Below, piece by piece: positions 19,736-29,715 of a stretch of 64,000 nt of DNA. Source of the DNA: a virus; IMG/VR virus record IMGVR_UViG_3300025133_000029, positions 97,003 through 161,002 of that record. One strand, written 5' to 3'. Numbering within the stretch: position 1 is the stretch's first letter; each line of letters starts with the position of its first letter. The translations under genes and the position numbers were made by a program. The notes under the pieces were generated by a model. The model searched no databases, was not told the DNA's origin, and was given only the letters and a program-made list of their open reading frames with translations.

Positions 19736-20024
19736 TCTTGTTTTTTTCCTTTTTGCATCTAGCAATGGCTTTTAGGACTTTTGGGGTACATGGAACATAA
19801 GTGTATCCATGTGGGGGTGAGGAGGAAAAGCAGATGTCTGTTCTTTTGTCTTGCCAGTAGTAGTTATGGCCACAAGCTTTTCTTATGCGATTTTCTTCTT
19901 GTGTTATCCCGGAGAGGCTTGATAAGAGATAAGCAAAAGACACAATAAAAATACAAGCGATAACAACGAAGGCTACTGCTTTTAAAATTGTTTGTGCGGT
20001 CGACATTGTTTTGCTTTCTTGCAT
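19728..20024 (-). CDS. small membrane-anchored protein
   Basis: One hydrophobic helix then a Cys-containing domain. Confidence 0.65.
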   Translation of the reverse strand: MQESKTMSTAQTILKAVAFVVIACIFIVSFAYLLSSLSGITQEENRIRKACGHNYYWQDKRTDICFSSSPPHGYTYVPCTPKVLKAIARCKKEKNKNE

Positions 20025-20028
20025 ACTT

Positions 20029-20235
20029 TTACCAATCTTCGGGAAAGAAACAGGAGATGAGGAGAAATCCGCAAATAAAGGTCGCGGTATTCCAATTATG
20101 TTTATAGAACCCTATTGTGAGAGTAAGCCAGAAGAGGGCGGCGATGGCGCGTTGTGAACGATAAGAGAGAAGGGCAGCCGAGAGTCCGATGGCAGCTATG
20201 GTAAACATATACGTTCCTTTTTTGTTAGGGGGCAT
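20029..20235 (-). CDS. small membrane protein
   Basis: Hydrophobic 68 aa; GTAAATGC motif at 20271. Confidence 0.6.
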   Translation of the reverse strand: MPPNKKGTYMFTIAAIGLSAALLSYRSQRAIAALFWLTLTIGFYKHNWNTATFICGFLLISCFFPEDW

Positions 20236-20344
20236 AAAGGTACCTTACGACATCGACATTATAGATTAGAGCATTTACGTTCTAATATTATCAAAAGGAG
20301 AGGGGGGAAAGAGGGAGTGAGGGAGAGAGGTGGGAGGGTAAGTT

Positions 20345-20878
20345 CTATTGCTCGGCCCATTGTTCAATGGGGCCGTATCCGGCGAATTCTTCCTCCTCGG
20401 GTTCCCTCTTTGCTTGGTTTGTGGGGAAATCTTCTTCTGAGCAAACAGTCTCCAAGAGATCTTCGTTTAGAGTTTCCATTGCGAGACCGAGATTTCCACC
20501 TGGAACCATATAGGTTGCGTAATAGATAACAGGAACTCTGATGCAGTGGTTTGTTTCTTCCAGAACCATTTTCTCTGCAACAGAGGGGTAGTTGTCTTTG
20601 ATCTTCTTTTGTAGTTGCTGAGATGGTACTTTTGACCAGAACTCGACAACTTCTTGGAGGGTTGGGTGGCGCATAATGGTATCGGATGAGATAGAGTCAT
20701 TTTTTCCACTACTCAACCAGTGGCCTGTTATGTTTCGACCTCGAGTATTGGGTGATGCTCCAAACCCGCCAGTAACAAACATAGCGCAGTGAAAGATGCT
20801 ACGGGGTAGCGTTTTAAATGATTCGGGTCCGATGATAACAATCTGATTGGTGATATCACAACGAAGGGGGTTGCTCAT
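20345..20878 (-). CDS. hypothetical protein
   Basis: 177 aa, SD AGGAG. Confidence 0.7.
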   Translation of the reverse strand: MSNPLRCDITNQIVIIGPESFKTLPRSIFHCAMFVTGGFGASPNTRGRNITGHWLSSGKNDSISSDTIMRHPTLQEVVEFWSKVPSQQLQKKIKDNYPSVAEKMVLEETNHCIRVPVIYYATYMVPGGNLGLAMETLNEDLLETVCSEEDFPTNQAKREPEEEEFAGYGPIEQWAEQ

Positions 20879-20888
20879 GCTTGTTCTC

Positions 20889-21794
20889 CTAAACAGGTTC
20901 TTCGAAGATTGTGTCTTCTAGTTTATCCCTCCATGAGGCGAGATTGTTTTCTAATAACTTTTCTCGAAGATATAGGGAGCTAAGAAGTGATTTGCGGTGA
21001 TTCAAAAGTATTTCAAGTTTTTGCTTAAAAACTTTTTCGATCTTCTGTATTACTTCAAGGCGATATTTGTGAATCATGCATCCTATAATAGTTCCAGAAG
21101 TTCTTGTATCGAAAAATACCAAGTCGGACCAGCGAGACCGTGCGATATTTCCAAGGGCAATTGTTTTTACGGAAGCGTAAGCTTCTATAAGGAATCCTAG
21201 AAAGACCTCTCTTGTTGTTCCTGCTCTTCTGAGATTCTCTATATCCCATGCAGCTTGTGTTTGTGTAATGTTTGTATATGGAAGAACTAAACTAACAATA
21301 AGACGAACGAACAGATGTATGGTTAGGCAATATGCGTTTCTAATAGTGCGGTCTTGTGAACGAAGGTCTTCGGGGGACTGAAGGAACACTTCTGGGTTTT
21401 GGCGTTCCATGAGACAAATAAGACCATTAGATGCAGTATTTCGGATGAGGTGCTCGTTGTATCGAAGATACCCTAGTATGCCTATTTCACCGTAAGGATA
21501 TAGTGTTTCTTCCAGAAGGCTTCTGCCTGCGGTGAGCGTCTTAGATAGGTTTGAATAGAAACTACGGTTCATGTTGAATTCATGAACAAGGTCTCTGCCG
21601 ATTTTCTCTGCCATGTCGAATAAGAATCCGAGGAATACTTTTCTGGTCACAGTCTGATGACAGAGTTTACTGACGAGATCTTCTCGGCGATTCTGTAATT
21701 CGGTAAAGAGTTCTGTTTGGATTTCCAGGAGTCCATTCGAAGAATGTATACCTCGCGCTGTTAGGGTTTGAGCAAACTTTACATATTCTTGCAT
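20889..21794 (-). CDS. helical protein of the C-terminal acidic-LF tail family
   Basis: Ends SWRDKLEDTIFEEPV. Confidence 0.7.
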   Translation of the reverse strand: MQEYVKFAQTLTARGIHSSNGLLEIQTELFTELQNRREDLVSKLCHQTVTRKVFLGFLFDMAEKIGRDLVHEFNMNRSFYSNLSKTLTAGRSLLEETLYPYGEIGILGYLRYNEHLIRNTASNGLICLMERQNPEVFLQSPEDLRSQDRTIRNAYCLTIHLFVRLIVSLVLPYTNITQTQAAWDIENLRRAGTTREVFLGFLIEAYASVKTIALGNIARSRWSDLVFFDTRTSGTIIGCMIHKYRLEVIQKIEKVFKQKLEILLNHRKSLLSSLYLREKLLENNLASWRDKLEDTIFEEPV

Positions 21795-21822
21795 CGTGAT
21801 TTTCTTTTTTTACAGGGGAGGG

Positions 21823-22017
21823 TTATTTGCCAACCTGGGTTATAATTGCTCTCTTGGCATCCCATTTGTGTGTAAAGTATCGGGAGTAGAGTACAAAGTA
21901 GTCAACCGGGCATCGTGGGTCTGACACCCATTCGCGAATGGTTTTGGTTTCCCCCCATGCGGTGATAGTGAGTGTGTTTCTTTTGGATGGAGTAGTGATT
22001 GCTTCCTCGGCGCTCAT
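21823..22017 (-). CDS. stand-alone small DNA-binding module like the C-terminal repeat of phage HNH/AP2-type endonucleases
   Basis: ITAWGETKTIREW..DPRC...LYSR....WDAKRAI. Confidence 0.65.
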   Translation of the reverse strand: MSAEEAITTPSKRNTLTITAWGETKTIREWVSDPRCPVDYFVLYSRYFTHKWDAKRAIITQVGK

Positions 22018-22261
22018 TCCTTTTTGTATGCGTCGGAGGATCGTAAGTCCTGTTATTGAGCAGTGTCGAGTTCTATGCCCGTAAGGTTTGCAATCCTTAC
22101 ATCGTGTCCAGCCTGCTCTAGAGCATATGCTATCGCGAAAGCGGATTCAGGATCTGCGAGAGCCATTTTTACATCAAATGGATCGAACTCGGGGTCTGGC
22201 TTGAAAAGGATTTGGAGCAGAGATTTCGACATTTTTCTATCTTCCTTTGTGATGGATCGAT

Positions 22262-23116
22262 CTAGTCACGAGGAGGATGTGTTTGGTTTGTTTCCCTTTG
22301 TCCTCCAATGGGAGTGGAAACAGCTTCCTCGGGCGTCCAACCCAAAACGCGCACACGCTGTCGGATAGCAGAGTTGTTGGATTTGCAGCGTTCGTCTTCT
22401 TCCCACTCAGAGAATTTTTTTTCTTCTCCCCATGCCGTGAGGGTTTGACAGGTTGTTTTTTGGGGCTTAGGCTTTTTTCTTGGCATTATGCGAAGGGAGG
22501 TGGTCATTGCTTCTTCAATGCCCCAACCATTGCGAACTCGGCTTTTCAGTGTCCCAAGCCGCACAATGCACCTGGGATCTCTGCTCCAGTCTGTGATTGT
22601 TTTCTTTGTGCCGAAAGCATAACGTAGGTAGGGGACAAGGTGAGGAGGGTACCCATAGTCTTCTTCGGGTTCCTCTTCTTTAGGACCTGCTTCCTCTTCG
22701 AGGGTTTTAGGTTTTTTTTCGGAGTTTTCTTTTGTTCTTCCGAGGTATTCATCAAGGAACTCGAAGAGATGGGGGTCGAGGGTTCGGCGAAGGTCTTCTA
22801 GGCGCTGATCTATCTGTTGTGATGAAAGGAAGTGCGGATTGTATTTTTTCCCTGCAGGAACTTTCATCCTGATACAGATGTAATCCGATTCTTCTTCGTA
22901 TTCAATCGTCACGTTTTCCCACCCACGCTCCATATACCAGCTTGTGATGATCACGATTTCTTTGTCAGTCACTTCAAGGATGTTCGAAAGTTGAATTCGG
23001 ATAGCTGCTTGTCCTATATAGTCTCGCGCAAGATGATAGTCTATGGTTGCGGCTATATAGTAGCATTGGTTGAGGACAGACGGATATTCGAGTGCTTCTT
23101 CTGGCGATAAAGGCAT
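22262..23116 (-). CDS. protein with two copies of the same DNA-binding module
   Basis: AFGTKKTITDWSRDPRC..LKSRVRNGWGIEEAMTT and AWGEEKKFSEW..DERC..RQRVRVLGWTPEEAVSTP; SD AAGGAGG. Confidence 0.72.
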   Translation of the reverse strand: MPLSPEEALEYPSVLNQCYYIAATIDYHLARDYIGQAAIRIQLSNILEVTDKEIVIITSWYMERGWENVTIEYEEESDYICIRMKVPAGKKYNPHFLSSQQIDQRLEDLRRTLDPHLFEFLDEYLGRTKENSEKKPKTLEEEAGPKEEEPEEDYGYPPHLVPYLRYAFGTKKTITDWSRDPRCIVRLGTLKSRVRNGWGIEEAMTTSLRIMPRKKPKPQKTTCQTLTAWGEEKKFSEWEEDERCKSNNSAIRQRVRVLGWTPEEAVSTPIGGQRETNQTHPPRD

Positions 23117-23278
23117 GGTGGCCTCCTTTGTGGTTTTGTAGCCATATTTATTTCTTCGCTAACAAAAGAAGCAAACCATTTACCCTTTAATTATAAGAAG
23201 ATCTTTAGACTCTAAAGATTCTGATATTTCTACACTGAGTTGTTATTGTCTTATAAAATAAATAAGGAGATTTATTAT

Positions 23279-23923
23279 ATGTCTTTATCAAAAGATGAAG
23301 CTTTGGGTATGGCGAGATTGGCTATAAGGGGTTGGGGTGATCGTGCATCCCTTATAGGACCAATAGAAATAGAAGAAAATGATAATGGCTTGGAAGCAGT
23401 TGAGGATTGTTTCCTACGGATGTGTTCGGATAATTATTTATCTGGCAAGAGTTTACCCACTCTGATGTTTTTCTTATTTGAAGATCTTCGGCCCGAGAAG
23501 AACGATAAGTATATATTAGCTCTTGATATAAAAGACTTATATCGAACAAAAAAGAGTCAAATGCTTATGGTGGCAATTGCGAGAATGGTAAGGAAACATT
23601 TGCGAGCAAGCTTCACATGTTTGTCTAAGACTTCGAATGCAGTTTACTACCAGAATGATCGCGAGGGTGTCGATTGTTCAACTGAAGATATGGAAACATA
23701 TAGTGAGACAAAAAATATCCCGAAATCGATAGAGGTTGTCTCTATGACCTTTGATTTTAGAGACAAGGACACACCTCCACGTTTGGTTTTATTTAAGATC
23801 TCTGACAGTGGACTTGTGGATTTAGAGAGTCGAGATGAAATCTTTGGCCCATTCGATGTGAAGTTAAGTGAGAACGCTAGAATTGCAAGACTCTTCCTGG
23901 ACCAGAAAAGAATCACAAACTAA
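23279..23923 (+). CDS. hypothetical protein
   Basis: SD AAGGAG; start at MSLSKDE. Confidence 0.7.
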   Translation: MSLSKDEALGMARLAIRGWGDRASLIGPIEIEENDNGLEAVEDCFLRMCSDNYLSGKSLPTLMFFLFEDLRPEKNDKYILALDIKDLYRTKKSQMLMVAIARMVRKHLRASFTCLSKTSNAVYYQNDREGVDCSTEDMETYSETKNIPKSIEVVSMTFDFRDKDTPPRLVLFKISDSGLVDLESRDEIFGPFDVKLSENARIARLFLDQKRITN

Positions 23924-23928
23924 TCTGC

Positions 23929-25725
23929 CTACGACTTCATCTCTTTTTGAATCTCAGATTGATATTTTTTATCGAGTTTCCGTGGCTTCAGTATTTTTGA
24001 TCGAACAAGCGCCTGCATGAGGAATTTGAACTCCTCGAGCGACCATTCGGTTATTCCCTTTGTTTCACCATCGGGCAGGTATCTATCTGGTGTGTCGTAC
24101 ATGCGGCGAAAAGCACCGATCGCCTGTTGTTTACTTGGGAAGTTGAGAGCCACTTTGTCATCGTAAGGCTCGTCGTCTGTGTGTGGGTCTACAACGTGAA
24201 ATACCCAAACCTTCTTTGGAGATTCTTCGTTTCCAAGAAAAACATCCAGGTGGTCTCCATCCGGTGCTATGCCAAGAGTTCCGCGGATATATCCATAATC
24301 AGCAGGCATCGTTGTTGACCAAGATTTTCCTTGTGGTGATTCTCCTGATCTAGTGTTTCCTTGCGAGGTCTCGATCGAAATTCTCAGACCGTGATCATAT
24401 TGTCTGGCATCGAGGGCACGTCTTCCTTTGTTTACATTGTCTATGGCCAGTGGGTCATTGTTTTGTGGGATAAAGATGTGTCGCAAGTGATCGATGTATT
24501 GACGATGGAACTCGATACCTAAGAGGTTAGCAAGAGAGGAGATGGCTTCGATGTGTTGGATGATATAGCTGAAGCCCCAATAACCATCTTGTCGATCATA
24601 GTGCAATGGAACACCCAGGACGGGACTAAGTAATTCTTCAAACAGTCGAGCTAAACATCTCCGAGGAGCGTCATTGTTGTGCAACCCATCCATGCGCCGT
24701 TTGTAGTGTTGTTGCATTTTATGTTCTGGGGTGAAGTGCAGTGGATGAATTCCGGTGCTTTTATCGGGGACGATGAGATTCCATTCTTGCGATGCTCGGA
24801 TAAATTCTCTGACGTTTTTGTCCGCACTGGATGCTCTCTGTCCAAATCCTGTGTGGAAATCGAGCGCTTCCAGGAGGGCATGGGTCAGTGTATTGTTAGG
24901 CTTGTTTTTGTCTGGTTCCAGAATTGCTAAAGTGCGCCAATGAGATCGGTAGTAGCCAATCATCGAGTCGCCGGAGGATTTGTGTGTTTCTACAACAAGA
25001 CCAATCCCGTGTCTTGCTAATGCTTCTCTTACACAAAATGCTCGATGGAGCTTGCCCATGTATGCAGTCAGTTGTTGAAACACAGGAAGTGCTAATTCAT
25101 ATTGTCCTGCGAGCGGACCATCTTGTGGAGAGAAAAGTATCAAACCCCATCGATCCCATGCTTGTTGGATGTATTGTTCATACATTCGAACCCAAGGATG
25201 TGCATCGGGATCTACTCCGAAAGACTTATAGTATTCTCTCCAGCCTATCGGGTTGTTTACCAAGTACTCTCTGGCAATAACGGCATCTCGTGTATGCCCA
25301 GAAAGCAGAAAGTGTTGGGGCGTGGTTTTATTCTGTTGGCTTTCTACCTGCGAAAGCATGAACACATAACTGGATGCGTCTTGTATAGCATCTTCGCTCA
25401 TGGAGGGATGATTGTCTTCTTCCATGACTTGATGTTGTTGTAGTTCTACCAGAGCAGTAGAGCGAGATGTTTCTTCAGGAGCATCCATCAGAGCTTTGTA
25501 TAGAGTTATTCGCTTTTGATGCAGAAAGAGATCTCGTCCACGAGTAGAAAGAGATGCGGCACCAGAACTTAATGTTGGCGCTGCATCTGTCGTCCATATT
25601 TTTTCTATCTCAAGAGGAGGAGGTGGCGGGAGAGTTCCTTGTGTGTTGGTCCATTGTGGTGACCATGATACCTTTTTCTCACAGGGATGTTTATCGTCTA
25701 GACTGCCAAATGCAAAAGTAAACAT
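23929..25725 (-). CDS. protein with a C-terminal inorganic-pyrophosphatase-like (InPase) domain
   Basis: ISIETSQG..RSG...GKSWSTTMPADYGYIRGT...DGDHLDVFLG...DDKV. Confidence 0.8.
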   Translation of the reverse strand: MFTFAFGSLDDKHPCEKKVSWSPQWTNTQGTLPPPPPLEIEKIWTTDAAPTLSSGAASLSTRGRDLFLHQKRITLYKALMDAPEETSRSTALVELQQHQVMEEDNHPSMSEDAIQDASSYVFMLSQVESQQNKTTPQHFLLSGHTRDAVIAREYLVNNPIGWREYYKSFGVDPDAHPWVRMYEQYIQQAWDRWGLILFSPQDGPLAGQYELALPVFQQLTAYMGKLHRAFCVREALARHGIGLVVETHKSSGDSMIGYYRSHWRTLAILEPDKNKPNNTLTHALLEALDFHTGFGQRASSADKNVREFIRASQEWNLIVPDKSTGIHPLHFTPEHKMQQHYKRRMDGLHNNDAPRRCLARLFEELLSPVLGVPLHYDRQDGYWGFSYIIQHIEAISSLANLLGIEFHRQYIDHLRHIFIPQNNDPLAIDNVNKGRRALDARQYDHGLRISIETSQGNTRSGESPQGKSWSTTMPADYGYIRGTLGIAPDGDHLDVFLGNEESPKKVWVFHVVDPHTDDEPYDDKVALNFPSKQQAIGAFRRMYDTPDRYLPDGETKGITEWSLEEFKFLMQALVRSKILKPRKLDKKYQSEIQKEMKS

Positions 25726-25836
25726 GGTGAACTCCGGTGAGTATAAAAGCTATCTTTATCGTAGAGTGAATTTATTTCATACACATCAATCTTGTATCAG
25801 ATTATATAGGGTTTGATCGAGAACATGTAAAAAAAT

Positions 25837-25870
25837 AAAAAGGCCCAAGATATAAACCTTGGGCCTTTTT
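25837..25870. terminator. bidirectional intrinsic terminator
   Basis: AAAAAGGCCCAAG-loop-CTTGGGCCTTTTT. Confidence 0.88.
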
Positions 25871-25963
25871 ACAAGGAGATAGGAGAGAGAGTGACAAAAA
25901 CCTCGATGATCGTAGAGGAATCGTCAAGACAATTAGATCACACAGAGTAGATAATCGTCAAGT

Positions 25964-26878
25964 TTATGAGTTTGGTATTTGTGTAAAGATATTTGCCGTG
26001 GCTTGGTTTGGTGTGGTGAATACTCTTTTGTACCGTGTCGCGGGAATTCTAATCTGCACCCTAACTCCTCTTGGTAGCTTGAGTGAAAAGAATCCGTTAC
26101 TGTCCGTTTTGACCTTTTGTTCTCTATCTCCCCAGGCAACTCCCATTGTTAGGTTGGGCATGGCGATGAGTCTTCCAAAGACAGGGACATCAGCATATGG
26201 GGTTGGGGGGTAATTCTCGGGATTCCACACTTGACCTGTCAGTTCAATAATTCCACTTCCAGGGATGCTCGAGGCATCATAGGTTACCTCCACTTTTCCA
26301 CTGACTCTCCCACCGGGAGTATCGATATTAATAACCTTGTTTTTTCCCGGAGATATTGCGGTTCCAACGGTGACTTGTATTTGTGAGTCGGTATTGGCAG
26401 TGATGGCAACAATAACACCATCAATGGTAACAGATGTAGCGTTCGCTAAATCCTTCCCATTTAGATTGAGTGTGGCGTTGTGAGCTACTGGATCTGTTCC
26501 AACTCCTGGAGGTGCGTCAGTTTGCAGATTGAGTGTTGGTGGATCTTGAGCAGGATAGGTTGGGAAAGTGGTGACAACGTGTAGTTGATCTTGATATGTA
26601 ACAAAGGCTCCAGGCGTTACCGGAGTTATTCGGTATCGAAAAATCCCGGCAGTATCAACATCGCCGATGCTAAATTTCAGGGTATATAGACCTGGAGTGA
26701 CAGCGGTTCTATCAATCCAATCGGATATCAGTATTGATTTTGAAGTAAATCCTGGATCTCCTTCTTTTTTTATAGTCACTAGTACTTCGGAATGTAGCAG
26801 GTTATCAACGGGAACATTATTGCTATCGAAAAGTTGTACTGCGTCTTCGGTTGCTACGCTTTTAAGGACTGTGTTCAT
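25964..26878 (-). CDS. beta-rich IPT/TIG (Ig-like) domain protein, putative virion structural protein
   Basis: LNLNGKDLANATSVTIDG...NTDSQIQVTV...IDTPGG; SD AGAGGTG. Confidence 0.7.
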   Translation of the reverse strand: MNTVLKSVATEDAVQLFDSNNVPVDNLLHSEVLVTIKKEGDPGFTSKSILISDWIDRTAVTPGLYTLKFSIGDVDTAGIFRYRITPVTPGAFVTYQDQLHVVTTFPTYPAQDPPTLNLQTDAPPGVGTDPVAHNATLNLNGKDLANATSVTIDGVIVAITANTDSQIQVTVGTAISPGKNKVINIDTPGGRVSGKVEVTYDASSIPGSGIIELTGQVWNPENYPPTPYADVPVFGRLIAMPNLTMGVAWGDREQKVKTDSNGFFSLKLPRGVRVQIRIPATRYKRVFTTPNQATANIFTQIPNS

Positions 26879-27043
26879 ATTATGGCACCTCTTTTTCAAA
26901 ACTTTATACTTTTCCAAGATACAGTGGTCTTGTGAAAGGTACAATCTTTAGAGTCTAAAGATTATATAGATGGGGTGGGGAGAGGATTTAGATTAGGAGT
27001 GTGGGGGAGGGGAAGTGGTGGGATTGGGGTGGGGTGTTTGGGC

Positions 27044-27457
27044 TTAGGAGATTCGGTGGAATTCGACTTCGACCCAAAGCTCGAGGATGCCAGCATCGCC
27101 ATCGGTCAGTTCGATATCAACAGTATCGACGCCACCTGTAAAGAGGGAGTAGGCAGCGGTTGTGCTCAGGTCGCCAGAATTGACGGACTTGCCAACGGCA
27201 GTGGCACTGGAAAGATCCATGACAGCAGCGAGGGCAGAGTTTGCACCGCTCTTTATATCGAGGGTGTCACCTGCGCCACCGACTCCACCAACGAGGAGGG
27301 CTTTGGCGGATTTGAATTGCAAGACCATTCCAGTGGGAACAGCAACACTGACAGTCCCTGCAGCAGTGAGTTTTTGTACAAACTTAGGATTGTTTGACCA
27401 TGCTCCATTGAGTTGTGGGGCAGAGTTTTCGGCACCTATTTGCGTGGGAAACGACAT
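27044..27457 (-). CDS. small G/A/T/S-rich protein, possible capsid decoration protein
   Basis: SD AGGAG; composition; neighbours. Confidence 0.55.
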   Translation of the reverse strand: MSFPTQIGAENSAPQLNGAWSNNPKFVQKLTAAGTVSVAVPTGMVLQFKSAKALLVGGVGGAGDTLDIKSGANSALAAVMDLSSATAVGKSVNSGDLSTTAAYSLFTGGVDTVDIELTDGDAGILELWVEVEFHRIS

Positions 27458-27519
27458 AAGGAATTTCTCCTATATTGTGGGGTATATGCTTTGTTTGTGA
27501 TGTTTGCGTGTGTAGGGGT

Positions 27520-28128
27520 TTAGGATTTGCGGGTAGAGCGTCGGAAGTGTGCAGAGTTCACGTCAAGAGCTTTGGCGATGTCACTCGGCTCGAGTCGCAT
27601 TTTATCAGTGGGGGATGCGATGAGAGAGACACCGATGGTTCGAACGCCTACTTCCGCATTGTTGAAGGAAACGTAGATGAGGGTTTGTTTGGGGATGATG
27701 ATGTTTGATTTTTTCCCAGTGACGGTATCTCCGATAGCCACTCCATCGATTTGCTTGAGGAACTTGATGGACTTTGCGGGAAAGTTATTGGTAGCAAACC
27801 CGGTCACGCCGAAAGTTGTCCCTTCGGTGCCAGTTCCCCCAACGACGTCAGCATCAGCTGCAGTTCGTGTATGCAGCTTGATGGTCGTACCCGCTGCGAT
27901 AAGAGCATTGTTCTGAAGGTTTGCGATAGCGATTTGTTTGATATGTACAGGATGCTCGAAGAAGCCAAGGCAGACGTGTTTTTCTTGTCCACTATTTGTT
28001 TCGATTTCACGCATACTGCAAATTTCAGCAACGTTGAGTTGCTCTGTGATCTCACGAACAACATTCGATCCAAGATCATCAATAACGCGAATCTCGTTTC
28101 CAGATCCGGCTCTGCGGTTTCTACCCAT
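27520..28128 (-). CDS. beta-rich protein, possibly structural
   Basis: SD AGGAG; 202 aa. Confidence 0.6.
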   Translation of the reverse strand: MGRNRRAGSGNEIRVIDDLGSNVVREITEQLNVAEICSMREIETNSGQEKHVCLGFFEHPVHIKQIAIANLQNNALIAAGTTIKLHTRTAADADVVGGTGTEGTTFGVTGFATNNFPAKSIKFLKQIDGVAIGDTVTGKKSNIIIPKQTLIYVSFNNAEVGVRTIGVSLIASPTDKMRLEPSDIAKALDVNSAHFRRSTRKS

Positions 28129-28291
28129 TGTTTTGTTCTCCTGTGTTTGCCAATTGAATCTATAAACAAGCCTATAAAAATAATGACTTGCTCGTTATTC
28201 TTACACGTAGGAGGGTATGCGAAAGATTCTTTTCTGGTCAAGTTATAAAAAAATGTCAGCTTTTTATTTAGTATTACGTTATATTGTATAT

Positions 28292-28497
28292 AGCATTCTG
28301 CGAAGTACCCCCTCACTGATCAGAATGCTGCCCTTGGAAGCCTTTCAGGCAGGTGATTGTTTTATTCTAACGCGAGTTGAGACCCAACCCTTCCCTCCGG
28401 GTTGGAGTTTCCTCCCTCAGAATAGAGATGAGTGGATCCCCACCAAAGAACTCATCTCATAAAACGTTCGCCTCCTGGAAGGCTTCTTGTTTTTTGT
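28292..28497 (+). ncRNA. candidate structured non-coding RNA
   Basis: Hairpin 28292-28329; 19-bp stem 28337-28356/28468-28486 with G-U pairs on +; inner hairpins 28384-28405 and 28425-28458; U-rich tail. Confidence 0.55.
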
Positions 28498-28529
28498 AGT
28501 TCTTTTCTTCTTTAGACTCTAAAGAAATA

Positions 28530-29522
28530 CTAATCTCCTTTTGTAGTTCGTGACCACTCTCTATACATTTTTCTTTTTTGATGCTCGTATTCGGCTTCAT
28601 CTGAGGAGATGATATTGTAATAATCATCCTCGTTGAAAACTAACCAGCCTAGCTCTCTAAATTCTTCTGGAGGGATGGTAGAGTCAACTTCGGACTCCTC
28701 TATGATAAACCTTCCGTTGTAGAAGATCCCAAAAAACTCTTTCGAGTATGCGAATGTCTTGGAGTCTACCCAGTTTTCAAAATTCCACCCACCTGTCACA
28801 TAATCCACAAGTTCCAAAGGCAGTCCCCCTTCTGGGTTAAAGAAGTTCATTATCCGCAATTCAAACTCCCCTCCCCAAAAGCAACCATCGGCAACGAGCA
28901 GGTTTCCATCTGGGCTTGCGACCATTGACGAGATGCACCAACCGAACCCCTGCAACTTTCCAGCGTGGATTAAACACCAGCGTTGCCGGGTATCGAGGTT
29001 TATCAGGTCTAGTCCTTGGTAGTCTTCTCCACATAAAAGGTATTCATTCCCATTGAGATGATCTACAAAGCAATGCCAGAAGGATGAGTAATTTCTATAT
29101 ATGGCAAAGTGTTCTTTTGTATCATATGGGATTCTTATTGTGCCCTTTGTCAGCTTCCAGGTCCTTCGCCCCGCTTGATAGAAATCAATAGAGAGTTCCC
29201 ATCTACCTGAAGGAGAGGTGAAAAACTTTTTAACCCCTCTAACTTTATTTTTGTCTGCGTAGAGGTGCATTCTGTCTCTGCGCATAAGAGCCATATATTC
29301 TTCTATAGGTATGGATTTGTGTATATTTTCTAGTTCAGTCCATAGCGCTCCAGAGATTGCGCTGTAGGCATCCCCAAGTATTTTTCTGTCCAGGTGTCGT
29401 ATTTCGTATCGCACCATATCCATTCTTCTAAGCTTCTGTGTAGTCTCGAACGACCACGGGAGTTTTCGAAGATTGTGTATGATCCGACGAAGCTTCATTC
29501 CTATTTTTTGAAAAATGTTCAT
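28530..29522 (-). CDS. hypothetical protein with beta-repeat-like C-terminal part
   Basis: 330 aa; RNYSSFWHCF, LLCGEDYQG, SPDGNLLVADGCFWG. Confidence 0.72.
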   Translation of the reverse strand: MNIFQKIGMKLRRIIHNLRKLPWSFETTQKLRRMDMVRYEIRHLDRKILGDAYSAISGALWTELENIHKSIPIEEYMALMRRDRMHLYADKNKVRGVKKFFTSPSGRWELSIDFYQAGRRTWKLTKGTIRIPYDTKEHFAIYRNYSSFWHCFVDHLNGNEYLLCGEDYQGLDLINLDTRQRWCLIHAGKLQGFGWCISSMVASPDGNLLVADGCFWGGEFELRIMNFFNPEGGLPLELVDYVTGGWNFENWVDSKTFAYSKEFFGIFYNGRFIIEESEVDSTIPPEEFRELGWLVFNEDDYYNIISSDEAEYEHQKRKMYREWSRTTKGD

Positions 29523-29715
29523 TTTCTTCCATCTTCTCCTTGTTTATTTTTTGTTCTATATAAAGTAATCGTAAAGGGTTGATCGGCGCGAAGGTTTTTT
29601 ATTATCTGCTTTGTTTGTCTTTTTTTTTTGTGTATAGTGTAGAGGTTTTTTACAAAACTTGGCGATAGTCTTGGTTTCTATTGTCATTCTTCCCTTAGTA
29701 GACAGGAGAGCAGAG

